A DNA stretch of 64,000 bases from Tubiluchus corallicola. Its lineage: Eukaryota > Animalia > Priapulida. The translations under genes were made by a program, and so were the position numbers. The stretch is taken from positions 496,001-560,000 of the forward strand of contig JAQGDQ010000044.1 of assembly GCA_030141605.1 (NCBI GenBank). The letters are read 5' to 3'. This document shows positions 46,001 to 58,300 of this stretch, piece by piece. The notes beneath the pieces are model-generated. The model saw only the letters and a program-made list of their open reading frames with translations, was not told the origin of the DNA and searched no databases. Each line of letters opens with the position of its first letter. The stretch's first letter is position 1.

Positions 46001-49000
46001 TAAATCCCAAAATGTTTTTAAGTTAGTACTTTTTGCTTACAATTTGGCTCATGCAACTTTATCATTCCTGTGCATTTTGAGATTCTGAAAGTACTTTTAA
46101 AATTTTCGTTTTACCATTATAATGCAAACGTTTTAAACATGATTTAGCGTGGGTTATTTACTAATACCACTTCTTTTGCTATAATAAAATATTTCACTCC
46201 ATTGTCGCTGCTTACCAAGTGAGCATTCAGCGAATGACAATATAATGGAGTAAATTGAGGAGGGAAATGCTAATATTTTTGACCGAAATACAAGCTTTCG
46301 GATTTGTTTTTGCTTGATTTTTAATAAATAGTAGCAACAAAATTTTGTTGAAAGTTGCTTTTTACAAGCTCAAACTTTACTAAAGTATAAAACTAGTGCT
46401 GAAAATGAGATTGTTTATCGAAACGAAAATACTGCACTGCACGTCAGCCTTGACATGTCTTTCTTTTCGATGGTAATCAATTGACGCCTTTAAATATTAA
46501 GGGTGCCAGGAATGATACAAACCTAATTCTCTTTCCATATGCTTCCGTGCTCTTTTGAGTATTCACTGTAAAAACTATAGTTAGTTGCCTTACTGATCAA
46601 TCTGCTAACCCTGGGTTGGTGTTTGCGGGTGAGCGGAAATACATCTGCACTTCTGTACTTGTCATACAATTTTCTTTAGTGACTTTATATTGCAATTGAG
46701 TAGCTAGATTTGTATCTGTCAGATTGATCAGGCATAAATAATACCTCCCCCATTTCCCAAGTTTTTTAACTGAAGATTTGCAAAATTCGAAATAAAAGCA
46801 GCTGCACAGAGCTTACAATTTCTAGCCGTGGCTGGTTCCTGCGAATTATGCGACTGGCTATTTACATTCACGCTGTGTTTTGGCGGTGATAATTTTAGCA
46901 ATAAACAAAAGTTGGTGTGTTTGTTATCTTTAATTGACACCTTTTATTAAATTATAGTTATTCTCTAAAAATGATTTGTGGATAAAGACAGATAATCGCT
47001 TTTTCTGGTTTTGACTTTACACATTACCACTTGTAACAACGTATTTTCTGTAGTGTTCGCGTTGATGCAAACCTAGTAGTGGGTTACTGACGCGTAATGT
47101 TGTTCTGCCTTCTCGAAATGGCTTGGTTTGCAAAGCATAGGCTATTTGCTTTTAGAATTTTGAAAGTATGTACACTTTTTCACAAATTTGAATTTTCATA
47201 CACCATCATTTGTCACCTACGTAGAGATCTCATAAGAGCCAGTTTTGTGTGTAACTTCTGGCGTCTTTCACCAATCTATACTTTACAGCAATTTTATTTT
47301 GAATATCAACAACGGTTTGGACAGCCTAGATGGCGTTCACTGGAAGCTTCTATTATCTCTGTTCGTTGACTATCTTATAATTTTCCTCTGCATCTGCAAG
47401 GGAGTCAAATCTACCGGGAAGGTAATTAGTCATAATATATTAAATAACAACTAAAATTCAACACTTTTACGTTGCCTCCTTTAAAAGGTCACCTTCAGAA
47501 GAATGAATTATGTAACATTCCATTCTTTTTAATTGTTTTGTGGCGTGTTTATTGCATATTAGTAATTGGTAATTGTGCAAAGTGCTCTCGAGTGAATCCC
47601 GTGCATACAAAAGTCTATATCGCTTTGTCTCATGCAGTCAAGCAATTGATTTTAGTTTAAAATCTAACTGCACTTTTGTAATATTTTTGCATAGGTTGTT
47701 TACTTCACCGCTACATTTCCGTATGTAGTTCTAACCATATTTCTAGTGAAAGGAGTAACATTACCTGGTGCAGCTGATGGGTTGTATTACTATCTAATGC
47801 CAGATTGGAAGCTGATGCGTAATTTGGAGGTGATTAGGAGTTGCAACAGCTTATTAAATATCAGCCTTCAGTAGTAATTTTTTTTCCTATAGATGCGATT
47901 TTTTTATACTTGATCATGTTTGAACCGGTACTATACAAATTCTTTATTGTTATTTTAGGTGTGGGCATTGGCGTTCATTCAGATTTTCTTCTCACTCGGA
48001 CCAGGCTGGGGCGGCATCATAACCATGTCTTCTTATAATCGATTCCACAACAATCTGCTAATGTGAGTTTTTAATGGCCGTTGATGAGCTGAAATGTGGA
48101 TTTTATTAATGGTCGCTGATGAGCTGAAATGTGGATTGTATTAATGGTCGCTGATGAGCTGAAATGTGGATTGTATTAATGGTCGCAGATGGGCTGAAAC
48201 GTGGATTACATTAATGGTCGCTGATGGGCTGAAATGTGGATTGTATTAATGGTCGCTGATGAGCTGAAATGTGGATTGTATTAATGGTCGCAGAAGGGCT
48301 GAAACGTGGATTACATTAATGGTCGCTGATGGGCTGAAATGTGGATTGTATTAATGGTCGCTGATGAGCTGAAATGTGGATTGTATTAATGGTCGCAGAT
48401 GGGCTGAAACGTGGATTACATTAATGGTCGCTGATGGGCTGAAATGTGGATTGTATTAATGGTCGCTGATGAGCTGAAATGTGGATTACATTAATGGTCG
48501 CTGATGGGCTGAAATGTGGATTGTATTAATGGTCGCTGATGAGCTGAAATGTGGATTGTTTTAATGGTCGCTGATGAGCTGAAATGTGGATTGTATTAAT
48601 GGTCGCTGATGAGCTGAAATGTGGATTGTATTAATGGTCGCAGATGGGCTGAAACGTGGATTACATTAATGGTCGCAGATGGGCTGAAACGTGGATTACA
48701 TTAATGGTCGCAGATGGGCTGAAACGTGGATTTTATTAATGGTCGCTGATGAGCTGAAATGTGGATTGTATTAATGGTCGCAGATAGGCTGAAATGTGGA
48801 TTAATTATATCAATGGTCGCTGATGGGCTGAAATGTGGATTATATCAATGGTCGCTGATGGGCTTTTAATTGCAAATGCAACCTGCGGCATCCTGTTTGA
48901 AAATGGAGCCTCTTATCAACTTGTCACTAGCAGTGGCGTCGTGCCATAGGGGCCCGCCCCCCCCCAATTTTTTTAGAAAATGTCAAAAATTTGAAGGGCG

Positions 49001-52000
49001 TCAGCGGCTCGTAATGAGACCGGTAAGCAAATTTATTTCCGACTTTTTGACACGCAGCCAGCGCTCCATAAATGCGAACAGTATGAGCATGAGTATGTGT
49101 TTACCTGAAAGTCAGGATGTAGTTAATTTGTTTGCCTGTAATCTATCTATTCAGGAGGCAGGCAGGAACAGTTAACAAAGCAGCTCGTTTAGTAGCATTA
49201 GCGTCTTTGCACAAAAGACTGTTAGTTAACAAAACGGCTCAGTTAGCACTCGAGCTTCGTTCAGCAGTGTGTTATAATAGAGAATAAGTGAAATAATAGA
49301 GCAAAAACAATGCAAACATTGAAGTCATGTTGAGCTTGCCTAGTACCAGAGAGTCAGTTTGTCCAGCTAGCCTAGTACCAGAGAGTCGGTTTGGGAGATA
49401 CCAATTGATGAGCCACGGCTCAGCCACCTCCTGATTGGACATTAACGACTCTTTGCTACTCCTTAGTGACTCTTTCCCACGAGTTTGCTGCATAAAAGGG
49501 CGTGATTTTGAGCACATTTCATCATTTTTCTGCTGCTAGGAAAATCTTTGCTAGTTTTCGCTGAGATTTTAGCTATATTTCTTAAACGATGTCGAGGCAG
49601 TCCAATCTGACTTCATTTTTCAAGTCCAACCGTGTTCCCGACCCAGGTTCTACGGCGTCTGTATCTACTGTAACGTCGATTCCAACAGAACGAATCCAAA
49701 AGGATGAGTACATCCGTCGCGGGCCATTGCGGGACGTAGTGGATGCATACCCAAAGACCAAAATGGGAGGAAAATCGAGATAATTTCAGGGTCAGTGGTT
49801 CAACGATAGGTCATGGTTGGAATACGTAAAGGATATTGATGCTGCATTCTGTTTCCCGTGTCGTGTGTTTGGCGCATCGACTTACGTCGTGACGTTTCAA
49901 AAGACAGGATTCAGAAATTGGCATCGAGCGTTGGAAAGTAATAAGGGCTTCGACAAACACTCTAAATCTGCGGAGCATCAAGCCTGCATGCAGTCTTGGC
50001 AAGCATTTTTGACGACACCCCCCATCGACGCAGTATTAGATGCAGAGAGGAAGAGGCTCTTGGAGTTGGGCGACTCTGATCGGCAGAGACGACAAGACAT
50101 TCTCCCTATACTTGTGGATGTTACTAAGACGCTAGCAAGACTCGGATTCCTGACAGCTGATAAATACTTAATTAAGTTTCCGTTGCTATAGCTTTAAGTT
50201 AAATGCCATGTTAAATAAATCATTTTTCTTGCACGCAAAATACTGTTTATTTTTTTTCAAAACTAAATTTTCAAAATTTAAAATTAAAATTTAAACAGTT
50301 AAAATCCGCCATTATAGTCGCCCCCCCCCCAATTTTTTTGGGTGCAAGTCGCCCCTGGTCACTAGGCCTCTTGTTGGATACGTGCTAACATGTACCTCAT
50401 GTCATTGTATGGCCCTGTTCGTCCGCTTTCTAAACAGCTATATATCTCCTTCCGAGAGTCCCAGCTGGCGTCGCTAGAACGTTTTCTCTACAGGCTGTTT
50501 GGTCAAAATTTCGAAAAAACCGAGGGGGTTGTTTCCGTAGTTTTTAGTGTTGATTAAATTCAGTAACTAATAAACATCATCTTTTGTTTTTCGCTTCTGT
50601 TTTGCAGGGAAGCTTACTTGGTACCTGTCATCAATAGCTTTACAAGTGTTTACGCTGGATTTGCTGTATTTTCCATCCTAGGATACATGGCTAAGATAGC
50701 GCAAGTACCTGTTTCTGAAGTAGTTGCTGGAGGTATGCAAAAGTTAGGCTTGAAGTTTATCGATATTCGATAAGTCTTCTTTACTTTTTAGATTGTAATG
50801 TCTATAAAGTTGGTCTGAGTTTTTTCTAAATAGTCCTTGGGCGACCTTAGCTCAAAGTTCTGTTTTAGCGTTACTGTCGCCCAACAATATTTGCAAAAAT
50901 GAACTTTGATTGGCATTCTGGTTTTGTGTTGCTTTAAGAGCATGTGCTTATTCAAAAATGGGTCGCCTTGTTATCACTGATACCTGAAGTGAGCAAAACT
51001 GAAATCATGGGAAAAATGACAAAGTGTATTATATATCTATTTGCTTAAAGCTAGTTTTAAAGAATTCGCCCATGGATCCATTAACTGACTAGTTAGGACC
51101 AAAGAATATTTGGATGACAGATTTTTTTGGTTATTAATGATAACTTATTCCTCACTTCCAAACTGACACATCAGAAATGCACTGCCGTGAATTTTTATAG
51201 TGAAGCAGTGTGTTTTACACGAAATTTGACCTGTAAGTTAAAATTACGGTGTCATGATGAGCGTGCGTTAATAGTGGTTTTACAGAATTAAATGCATGTT
51301 ACCCATTTGCACAGAGACCAAATTGGCCTGAATCAATATGTTAGTTGTTAAATCTGGAATGCAGTCATCTATATCAGTTCACATCACGTCACTGTTTTCT
51401 GGATTAGTATATGTGACTTTTATTTATAATTTTAGGTCCAGGATTGGTTTTTGTGGTATACTCTGAGGCACTTACACATTTACCAATTTCACCTATGTGG
51501 GCCGTCTTCTTTTTTTTCATGTTATTTATGCTGGGTCTTGACTCACAGGTAATCCTGTTTTGTAAATTTATGACTTGTAATTTGTGCATGTTGCACATTT
51601 TTATATCCATTTTGTTTATCTTGTATGAGTTTGATGAATTTCTTATTATTTCAGTTTGTTACGATTGAGACTGTTATCACTGCTGTTTGGGATATGTTTG
51701 CAAGCAAGCTCAGGAAGGGTGCCAAAGTTTGGATCACTTTGGGAGTCTGTGTCTTCATGTTCATCGCTGCAATTCCAATGACGACTAGAGTGAGTGTTTA
51801 TTCTTAAGCAGTAGTTGTTGGGCTTATGTGCCATTGCACATGTAGTGTGTGGATTTTGCAAAATTATGATTGTTAAAATTTGTGGCTGTTAAACTAAAGC
51901 ATAATTTTTGGTATTTTAAATATTAGAATTTTTTGAGCATGTCCACTCTTCGCTGTCAATATAATTATTAATTTATTATAGGCTGGGTCATACATCTTTA

Positions 52001-53294
52001 CTATAATCGATTGGTATGCTACTGGTTACTCAGTCATGGTTATTTCCTTATGTGAAGTTCTTGTGGTAGGATGGGTTTATGGTAAGAAAACAATCCTTAC
52101 ATCATTCATCATGCACATTTCAGTAACAAAGTTTCCCGTAAAGGTAAAACATCTGATAACTAGTGATAATGATTTTAATGGCCTCTGGTTTGAATTTTGT
52201 CATTCATTTTACAGGAACGGAAAGACTCTTAGACGAAGTCGAATTTATGGTTGGTAAACGAGTCTACGGACGAATCGTGTTCACCATCTTATGGAAAGCT
52301 ATTGTTCCGTTATTACTTGGGGTTAGTATTAATTGAATAAATAAGACATTAGCTGCCTTAATTGCCAACACAACACAGTTGTTAAATATTATGCACTTGG
52401 CTTTTTCATTCTGTAGTTTAGATTGCCCTGTCATGGAAGTGTCTATACAATCGTTATTTACTGATGTAACAAAGTATAAGTGTTTTTCGTTTCTTTCAGG
52501 GAATTCTCATCGTTTCTGTTGTAACTCATACGCCCGTCACTTACTTGAACTATACATTCCCAACCTGGGCTATTGTCTTTGGATGGTCACTGGCAATGTG
52601 TTCAATACTGTGTATTCCAGTTTTTGCCATTTGTTATCTCGTCAATGGCAGTGGTACTGTCTTACAAGTAAGTACAAATTTTCTAATGTGAACGCTTCGA
52701 GTGTGAAGAGAGACTACTAGAGCATGGGATACCATCATTTTAACTAAGCAAAATTGATTTGTTCAACCAAGAGACAGAAAGACAAACTGATAGTTAAATC
52801 ACAGAACTTTGTTCGATTTGCATGAGTTTAGCCAGTGCTCCTTAATTTAATTATCTCTTCACGTGTTTTATTTGTTGAGCTTTGAACAAATTTTTATTCA
52901 AATCTCAAGGCGTTGGTGTGAGCTAAATGAATTGTGATATTCTTTAACTTAGTAATTGTTACCCAGGTGGAAGTAGTAACTTTAGTGTTAACTGAGACAT
53001 CCTGTTTGTTTACTTAGGATATTCAAGTTCTCTGTGACAAGTTAATGTTTTTGTATACTTCAGCGGTTGCGAAAGGGATTTACCCCTAGCAAAGAATGGG
53101 GTCCAGCAGTGCCTGCCATTCGAGCCGACTATGAGTGCTACTTTAAAAGAGGTGCCAAGTACTGTGCACCGGAAGCTGCTCAGCCTCAAGAGCTCAAGCA
53201 ACTTAACGCCAATTCAACTAATAATAGTGATGTTCTTACGTCAGATCAAAAACCTAAATCAAACGACTATATACCAGTAGCTTCGGTTGTATAA
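19876..53294 (+). CDS. SLC6 sodium/chloride-dependent amino-acid transporter (glycine/proline transporter-like), 13 coding exons
   Basis: Exons 19876-20068, 20286-20417, 30778-31072, 47289-47421, 47695-47829, 47959-48062, 50608-50732, 51436-51548, 51655-51789, 51982-52081, 52215-52321, 52500-52667, 53064-53294; all GT-AG and phase-consistent. Motifs: [99 protein letters not shown]-terminus SVV is PDZ-binding-like. Confidence 0.95.
21258..21668 (+). repeat. BEL 5' LTR (411 bp)
   Basis: TGTGAAGG...CTCTCACA; 6 differences from the 3' LTR counted by eye. Confidence 0.95.
21917..22482 (+). pseudogene. gag: BEL gag N-terminus: SAP domain plus Ser-rich/coiled-coil region (frameshifted)
   Basis: [35 protein letters not shown] is a SAP signature. 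It is followed, after a frame change, by [13 protein letters not shown] and a Lys/Leu coiled coil that runs in frame into the glycogenin domain. Confidence 0.75.
22483..23269 (+). pseudogene. GYG1: Intronless glycogenin (GT8) catalytic domain captured within BEL gag; one frameshift at the T-run 22984-22989
   Basis: [87 protein letters not shown], then in the next frame [28 protein letters not shown]. These are colinear with animal glycogenin from about residue 3 to about 260. Confidence 0.95.
23270..24520 (+). pseudogene. gag: BEL gag core (DUF1759-type capsid) and zinc knuckles, disrupted
   Basis: [33 protein letters not shown]...[30 protein letters not shown]...[10 protein letters not shown]. 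In-frame TAG at 23640-23642 plus frameshifts. Confidence 0.9.
24520..27059 (+). pseudogene. pol: BEL pol (protease, RT, truncated RNase H, truncated integrase)
   Basis: ORFs 24518-25630, 25684-26280 and 26247-27059. A large deletion near 26250 joins the RNase H N-part (WNDEL..QERWQR) directly to the integrase mid-core ([34 protein letters not shown]). A 36-bp tandem duplication lies at 26816-26884. Confidence 0.9.
27122..27532 (+). repeat. BEL 3' LTR (411 bp)
   Basis: Near-identical to 21258-21668; preceded by the PPT. Confidence 0.95.
31415..31458. repeat. (GTA)n microsatellite
   Basis: Direct reading. Confidence 0.85.
32893..33829 (-). repeat. Gypsy 3' LTR (937 bp; 577-bp internal deletion relative to the 5' LTR)
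   Basis: Matches 44147-44905 plus 45483-45660; the junction has TTG microhomology. Confidence 0.93.
34486..36583 (-). pseudogene. env: Envelope glycoprotein, class I fusion (baculovirus F/errantivirus Env-like), disrupted
   Basis: Signal peptide [16 protein letters not shown], tandem furin sites RTRRSRTRR (36031-36057), fusion peptide [22 protein letters not shown], heptad repeats, a Cys-rich ectodomain with N-glycan sequons, and [22 protein letters not shown]. Stops at 36380 and 35689 and a frameshift near 36160-36210. Confidence 0.88.
37552..42624 (-). pseudogene. pol: Gypsy pol (protease, RT, RNase H, integrase, acidic tail), fragmented
   Basis: [49 protein letters not shown] zinc finger (one Cys mutated to Arg), TDIIGP, ITDN, EERQH. 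Several stops and frameshifts. Confidence 0.93.
42558..43823 (-). CDS. gag: Gypsy Gag, 421 aa, intact ORF
   Basis: [25 protein letters not shown] (MHR-like), PMEVD and CCHC knuckle [14 protein letters not shown]. It overlaps pol in the -1 frame with a slippery G GAA AAC at 42570-42564. Confidence 0.92.
   Translation of the reverse strand: MSDPQELISEAQIESWIRSGSLPDGWLEQQSGEVQALHAIILKCIRDEESKAEGSLLPDATINPGVYTSAQVGGAVPMMVERATWLSSQLGSITDQWALCSALADLPKFSGQESDCSERFRIWIQGITRRGFCISPDSQNAGGVCVRLAYMTVDGSCAQYLDANRELWSGMNWSQFVTYLEQRYVNRAELTKHMIELKNLRQKKQESLRQLVDRIWYHARLAYRPTEIDQPLAQQFLTDVLIESLRNDQLRAKLIKHNPLTLEVAYARCRDDESNHEITRLKSQHVAHQMRMDTPMEVDYIATESSNEDDSPVCQLMVPGDAKRPGQGRPENRKTVPENRQGKQHPVGRNPPHRGPAPRQLSQPAGFGRQGLGRWNPDPRRPTQADICFKCKRPGHFARECRYRGPVMQGRIGRGRPQENC
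44124..44144 (-). other. Primer-binding site, tRNA-His-like
   Basis: Minus strand TGGTGCCGGTGACCGCAGGAT begins 2 nt inside the 5' LTR boundary; it is an imperfect match to TGGTGCCGTGACTCGGAT. Confidence 0.7.
44147..45660 (-). repeat. Gypsy 5' LTR (1514 bp)
   Basis: Minus-strand termini TGTTAT...ATAATA; about 11 differences from the 3' LTR over the shared 937 bp, counted by eye. Confidence 0.93.
48071..48863. repeat. 35-bp minisatellite, about 22-23 copies
   Basis: Unit TTAATGGTCGCTGATGAGCTGAAATGTGGATTGTA with recurring variants; head-to-tail, no spacers. Confidence 0.95.
48931..50357 (+). mobile_element. Internally deleted hAT transposon (ZMYM1/Tip100-like, TTF zinc finger)
   Basis: Termini CAGTGGCG and CGCCCCTG with a perfect 8-bp TSD GTCACTAG (48923-48930 and 50358-50365). 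Transposase N-terminus at 49589-50191 with one stop: FQGQWF..SWLEY...[11 protein letters not shown]...GFRNW...H..S.EH. Confidence 0.9.
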
Positions 53295-55391
53295 CTTCGT
53301 GTAGCGTAGTGTAATGTAAAGTCTTCTATATGATATTATTTTAACATGCACAAGTTTGTAGCGTTACAGATAACTCGATATGTGACGCTACTGAGACTTT
53401 TCTCCACATCAACGGTGATTTTTGTTCTGTGGAAGGTTCGCTTGTTGTGTCTGCGGACAAAGTTGTTGCTTGTGTTACAGTTATGTGCACCATGATGTCC
53501 AAAAGCAAAGCAAGCCGAATTGCTGGTGGCGGAATGTGGAAGTATATCATAATTGCATCTTTTTTCATTTGCTAAGCAGTCATCTGTTAGTTTCGCTTTT
53601 CGTTAGCATTAATTATTTGATGAATTGATCCCTACCTCATTGTAGTTTTAAAACAGTCAAAAATTTTCCACTTTCTCCGTGTTTCATATAAGTGAGTTTG
53701 CTTTCATGTTCTCAAACGTAAAAAGTTTTGTATGTAGCTTTGCATTAATTGGATTTCAATTCTGTATAAATTTTCAGTAATAATTCTTAGTTCTTTGCTA
53801 AGTGTTGTCATTAAGACAAAAGAGAGCGAAAATTTTTGGAAAATTTCTTAGGCATAATACCTGCAGATGGTACCTGAGTTTTGAGCTAAATAGCTGCTCT
53901 TTTTTAATATGAATGGTTATGTATAACATTTTGCGAATGGCTGTAAATTTCGCTATATTATATATTCCTTGCTTGTTTGTTTGTTAATGGAATCACAAGT
54001 GTTTACTTGATACAGTATTGTTATTTGCTGCAGCTTTACCACAATGTATTAAGAATTATGTGGTCTATTTTAATACATTCGTGGTGTTATTGCCTGGGTG
54101 AATAGGGAAAGAGTTGGTCATGTTTATTTATACTGAATTAGTGTATTGTAATTTGCCAGTTTAGTAATCACTTTTTTGTATCAATTAAAATGAGGGTTAG
54201 TAGATGCTGGCTTTTTGCTTTTTTCATTCATTGCTGCCTTGTAAGGCATGTCTTATCTCTTCTTTTTCCTTGGTAATCTAGTGTTTCATCTATGCTGATT
54301 TTTAATAGACTTTGACTTTTTGCAATTTAAAATGATGGCAAACCTTTTTCTTGCAAAATAAATTGCCTATTGCTGACAAAATTTCTTAAGACAATGTTAT
54401 TAAAGTTGTATATAAGTTAATTCGTTGAATCTCGTCGCATTGTATATTCTTTCATCGACACTTTTTTATTCTTTCGCGTATTGTCTGCTATGTTATAATG
54501 TAATACTCCAATTTTTGGCGTCAGTCTTTATCTTGATTATCATTGCAATACAAAGCAACGTCTGTTTGTTTAGCCTTCTTTATTTTTTGCCCAATTTGTG
54601 TACTTGCCTAATTTTTCCAATCACCTGTTCCACGTGAAATGTAATAATCAAAGTTAGGCAAATAAAAAATAAATGATATACGGCATTTCTTCGAAAAATA
54701 TATTTGCTGCCGACGAAGATTTCTGAATTTATTTCTTTCAATTTTATTGACTATAAGAATAACTTTGACTAAATGAGGCCATTTAAGGTCATCTGTAATA
54801 AATTTTACTAAATTTAATAATAAACATTGATTTTCAAACACTATGTACCTTTCAACATTAAATCACCTAAAATTGAGATGTCGCAATTATCATACGTGTA
54901 ATTATCATCACTCGTCATAATGTAATTATCAATTAATCTTTCAATTACCGCTATGACCTCTTCTGTGCAGTGAAATACGGAAACATTGTTCAATTTTAAG
55001 TTATCCAGAGCATAAATTTTCGTGATTGCTATTATACTCCAATAAAATTCAATTCAAAAGTGTGTAGCATTAGTAAAACTTGTTCTTAAACTTCCAGCTA
55101 AAGAACACGAATATAAAACGTGTTTTTCTGTTCCATCTACATAATTATGCTATTTTCTTCTGGCTCCCATAAAAAGTATAAATACATCATGGAATTAGAT
55201 GGTGCGCCCTCAGAAATACATCCTGTCTGCTGGAAATCATTCTTTGTAGGTTGTTGGCGATAGATGGGGCGACAAGCGTGTTCTTACACGTATATTGCCT
55301 GCTACACGTGTAGAACAGTTGCTATTGCTGAAGCTTTTTATTGCAGTAACTAACAAACTGCACGTAAATTTCAGGAAGTTTTTGAAATATA

Positions 55392-58300
55392 ATGATTTTT
55401 TTGAAACAGCTTGCTCTGTGTGTGACTTTACTTTTGCTGACATTTGCAGCATATAACTGCGGCTCCATATTGCCAGAAGAAGCTTGCGAGTTGATAGAAG
55501 ATAGTGCTGAAATCGATGTTGTACGAAACTTGCACAGAACAGGATTTCATAGGTTTGGAAATTGCACCCAATTTCAATCTTGATCCAATAATTGTGTTAG
55601 ACTTTTGTGGTAATTAGATAGTCATGAGGCCTCTATCTGTTGTAAAATTACATAAGTACTATTATAAATTATGTAATTTTACGACAGGTAGAGGCCGCAT
55701 GACTATCTAGATGCCCTATCGGAAATGCGTTATATGCAGTACTAACATGTAAATGAAAGTTGAGAGGTAAGGTTCTCTCTGCGTAATATCTACACGTCTC
55801 TATGCACATTGCTTAGCATGACAACATTATATGTATTTATTATGTCCTTGATCTGTATGTTTAAATTTAAACTTAAATCTCAATAGCTTTATCTTAATAC
55901 TCTCACCATTCCCTTGCTTACTTAAGCAACTTGGTATGCTCCATTTGTCACACCTAATTTTGAAATTTTCATCAAGATAATTGGGCATATAATTAATTAC
56001 TAAGAGCAACATTACTTACAGGGCGGTTGACTTTGGTAACTTTTAGTTTTTCGCCACCCTTTCACCAATCACTTGAATATCATTCACTCAGATAATTTAT
56101 TCATTTAATAATTTTGTCACTTTGTATCATATTATCGTTTCATGCTCTGTGTTTTCTTGTAAAAAGGTGATTAATAAAGATACTTACTTACTTGCTAACT
56201 CAGCTCATTAAGTCAGTGTATAAATTTCTTGTTTCTACTTTAATTAGCTTGACATTGTCTTTTGTTCGACCTTTTATTATCATAAAATGATAAACATTAG
56301 ATCAGATAGCCATCAAGTGTTTTTTTATTTTTTTCCAGAATAATGTTGGCTTGCCAGTCAGATCCTTGACACATTTTTGGGATGTTGTCTTAGACTGAAT
56401 TTTTTTTGCTGAGAATTGAAACAACATTTTTAAATGAGATATTTGAAATAAGAAAATGTAGATTTCACATAATTTGTTGAGTTTTTGGATGGCCTGGATG
56501 TAACAATACCTCATCATGTGTCATAATTTTAATGAACTAAATCTTTGTCATTTCTTGTTATTTTCCAGAGATCTTGAGACAATAGTTTACATTCGTGACG
56601 TGGAAGATTTAGAACAATGTCGTTTGTTGCTTATTGAGACTATACCTAGTGGAATATACCTTGATATGGATGAAATTTCACAAGTACAGAAAGCAAGACA
56701 TATAGAGGTTGTGATATAACATTTAGCTTAACATCTAAAAATGTTATTACAGAACAAAACATATGTTATTTGTCAGGTTACATTTTTAAGTGTTGACAAT
56801 ATCTGGAATTTACTGTTTTGCTGTAACACCCACATGTGACATGTACATAGGAGTAGACTGGAGTGCCCAGATAGTCGAATTTTTCTTTTGTGGGCTCCTT
56901 TGATGAACTATTTACCAGTAAAGTCTCCTAAAAATTGTGCATATTTTGGTAAAAAAATCAACTTCCTACAGTGTATGCAGTTGATGGCAGATAAGTAAGG
57001 ACACGGCAACTAACACCACACAAACCTCTTTGATTTTACCATAGTTACAGTTGATAGTTTTAGGCTTTAGCCACAAAAATTACCAGAACTAAAGCAACTT
57101 CTGTTTACACATGCATTGGGTATTACACACCAAGTGTGATTTTGTTAAAGCGTCTTGAAGTATTTTTAAAGGTGTTGTCTTAATCACAAAATTTGCAATT
57201 TTAGTGCACGTAAATGCATCAATGAAACTTCCAAATTTAGGAAAAGTGTCAGTTACAGCAATTCTGGGCCCCTGCCTTTTCCAGTGACACCCGATTATCC
57301 CATTCCATTCATGCATATACATGTGTATAGCAAAATACTAAATAAATAAGGGCGGCTGACCCAGTTTGCCACTACAAATCTTATCTTACATAGACATAGA
57401 CATAGACATTTTTATTTTCTCCAAATGTGTCACAAATTTCCATTTTACGAAAAAAACTTTACTTTATCCATGAAGATGGGCGAGGAAAGAACTTAGGTCA
57501 TCTAGTCACTCACCCCTTATAATGTAATATTGTAATAGCAGAAAAAAATTACCTTATCTTAAAACTACAGCAGCATTATTTTTTTAGGTTTATTCCAAAG
57601 ATAAGATAGACGTAGAAGCACCAGAACATTTATCAAAGGAACATACCGTTTATGTGTATGCCAACTTTAACATGTCGTCTCCTGGTGAACTAGTAGGACG
57701 AGTACTATTGCCCATTCACGGACGTTACCAGCGGGCTTCAAAGGGTGAATTCGTCGAGATCCCTATAAAGAATCCTCGATTATTAATCATCTGTGCAGAA
57801 TTTGGTAAGAAAACATGCGCGTTAAGAGATGTGTATGTAATCGTGATGCCCCAAACTTAAAATCCGCTGAATCTTTCCTCATCGAACTTGACTCGAACCT
57901 GAATCATACCTGTGAGATGCGAATCAAACCAAATCAGATATAATGTATTTGTGATAGCAATAATTTAGAAGCGTTCAATGCTGTTGCCATTATTTGGCGG
58001 CAATTACTATTTTTGAATGTGAGTACTGGTCTCCTAGTTATGTTTGTAAGAGTAAAATTTAGCAGATTATAAAGAGCGAAATGCAGTACTATTTGGTGTT
58101 TTCAAACTGTATTATTGAGAGGTGTATTGCACTGTGATTTATCATGCAGTATAAACTACTTTGTTCTTCTAGTGTACTTTTGTAGTAATTTTAAATGGCA
58201 GTGTTTTAAGTGGTTAACACAAAGTGACTGTGCTGGCTTCATTTGCCCCCAATTTTCCTTACAGATTACAAACTGCAAAAAGTTGGTCAGTCTCTCAGGG

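Noticed and set aside
48071-48863. CRISPR-like 35-bp repeats
   Set aside because: Units are head-to-tail without unique spacers, the context is a eukaryotic intron, and there are no cas genes.
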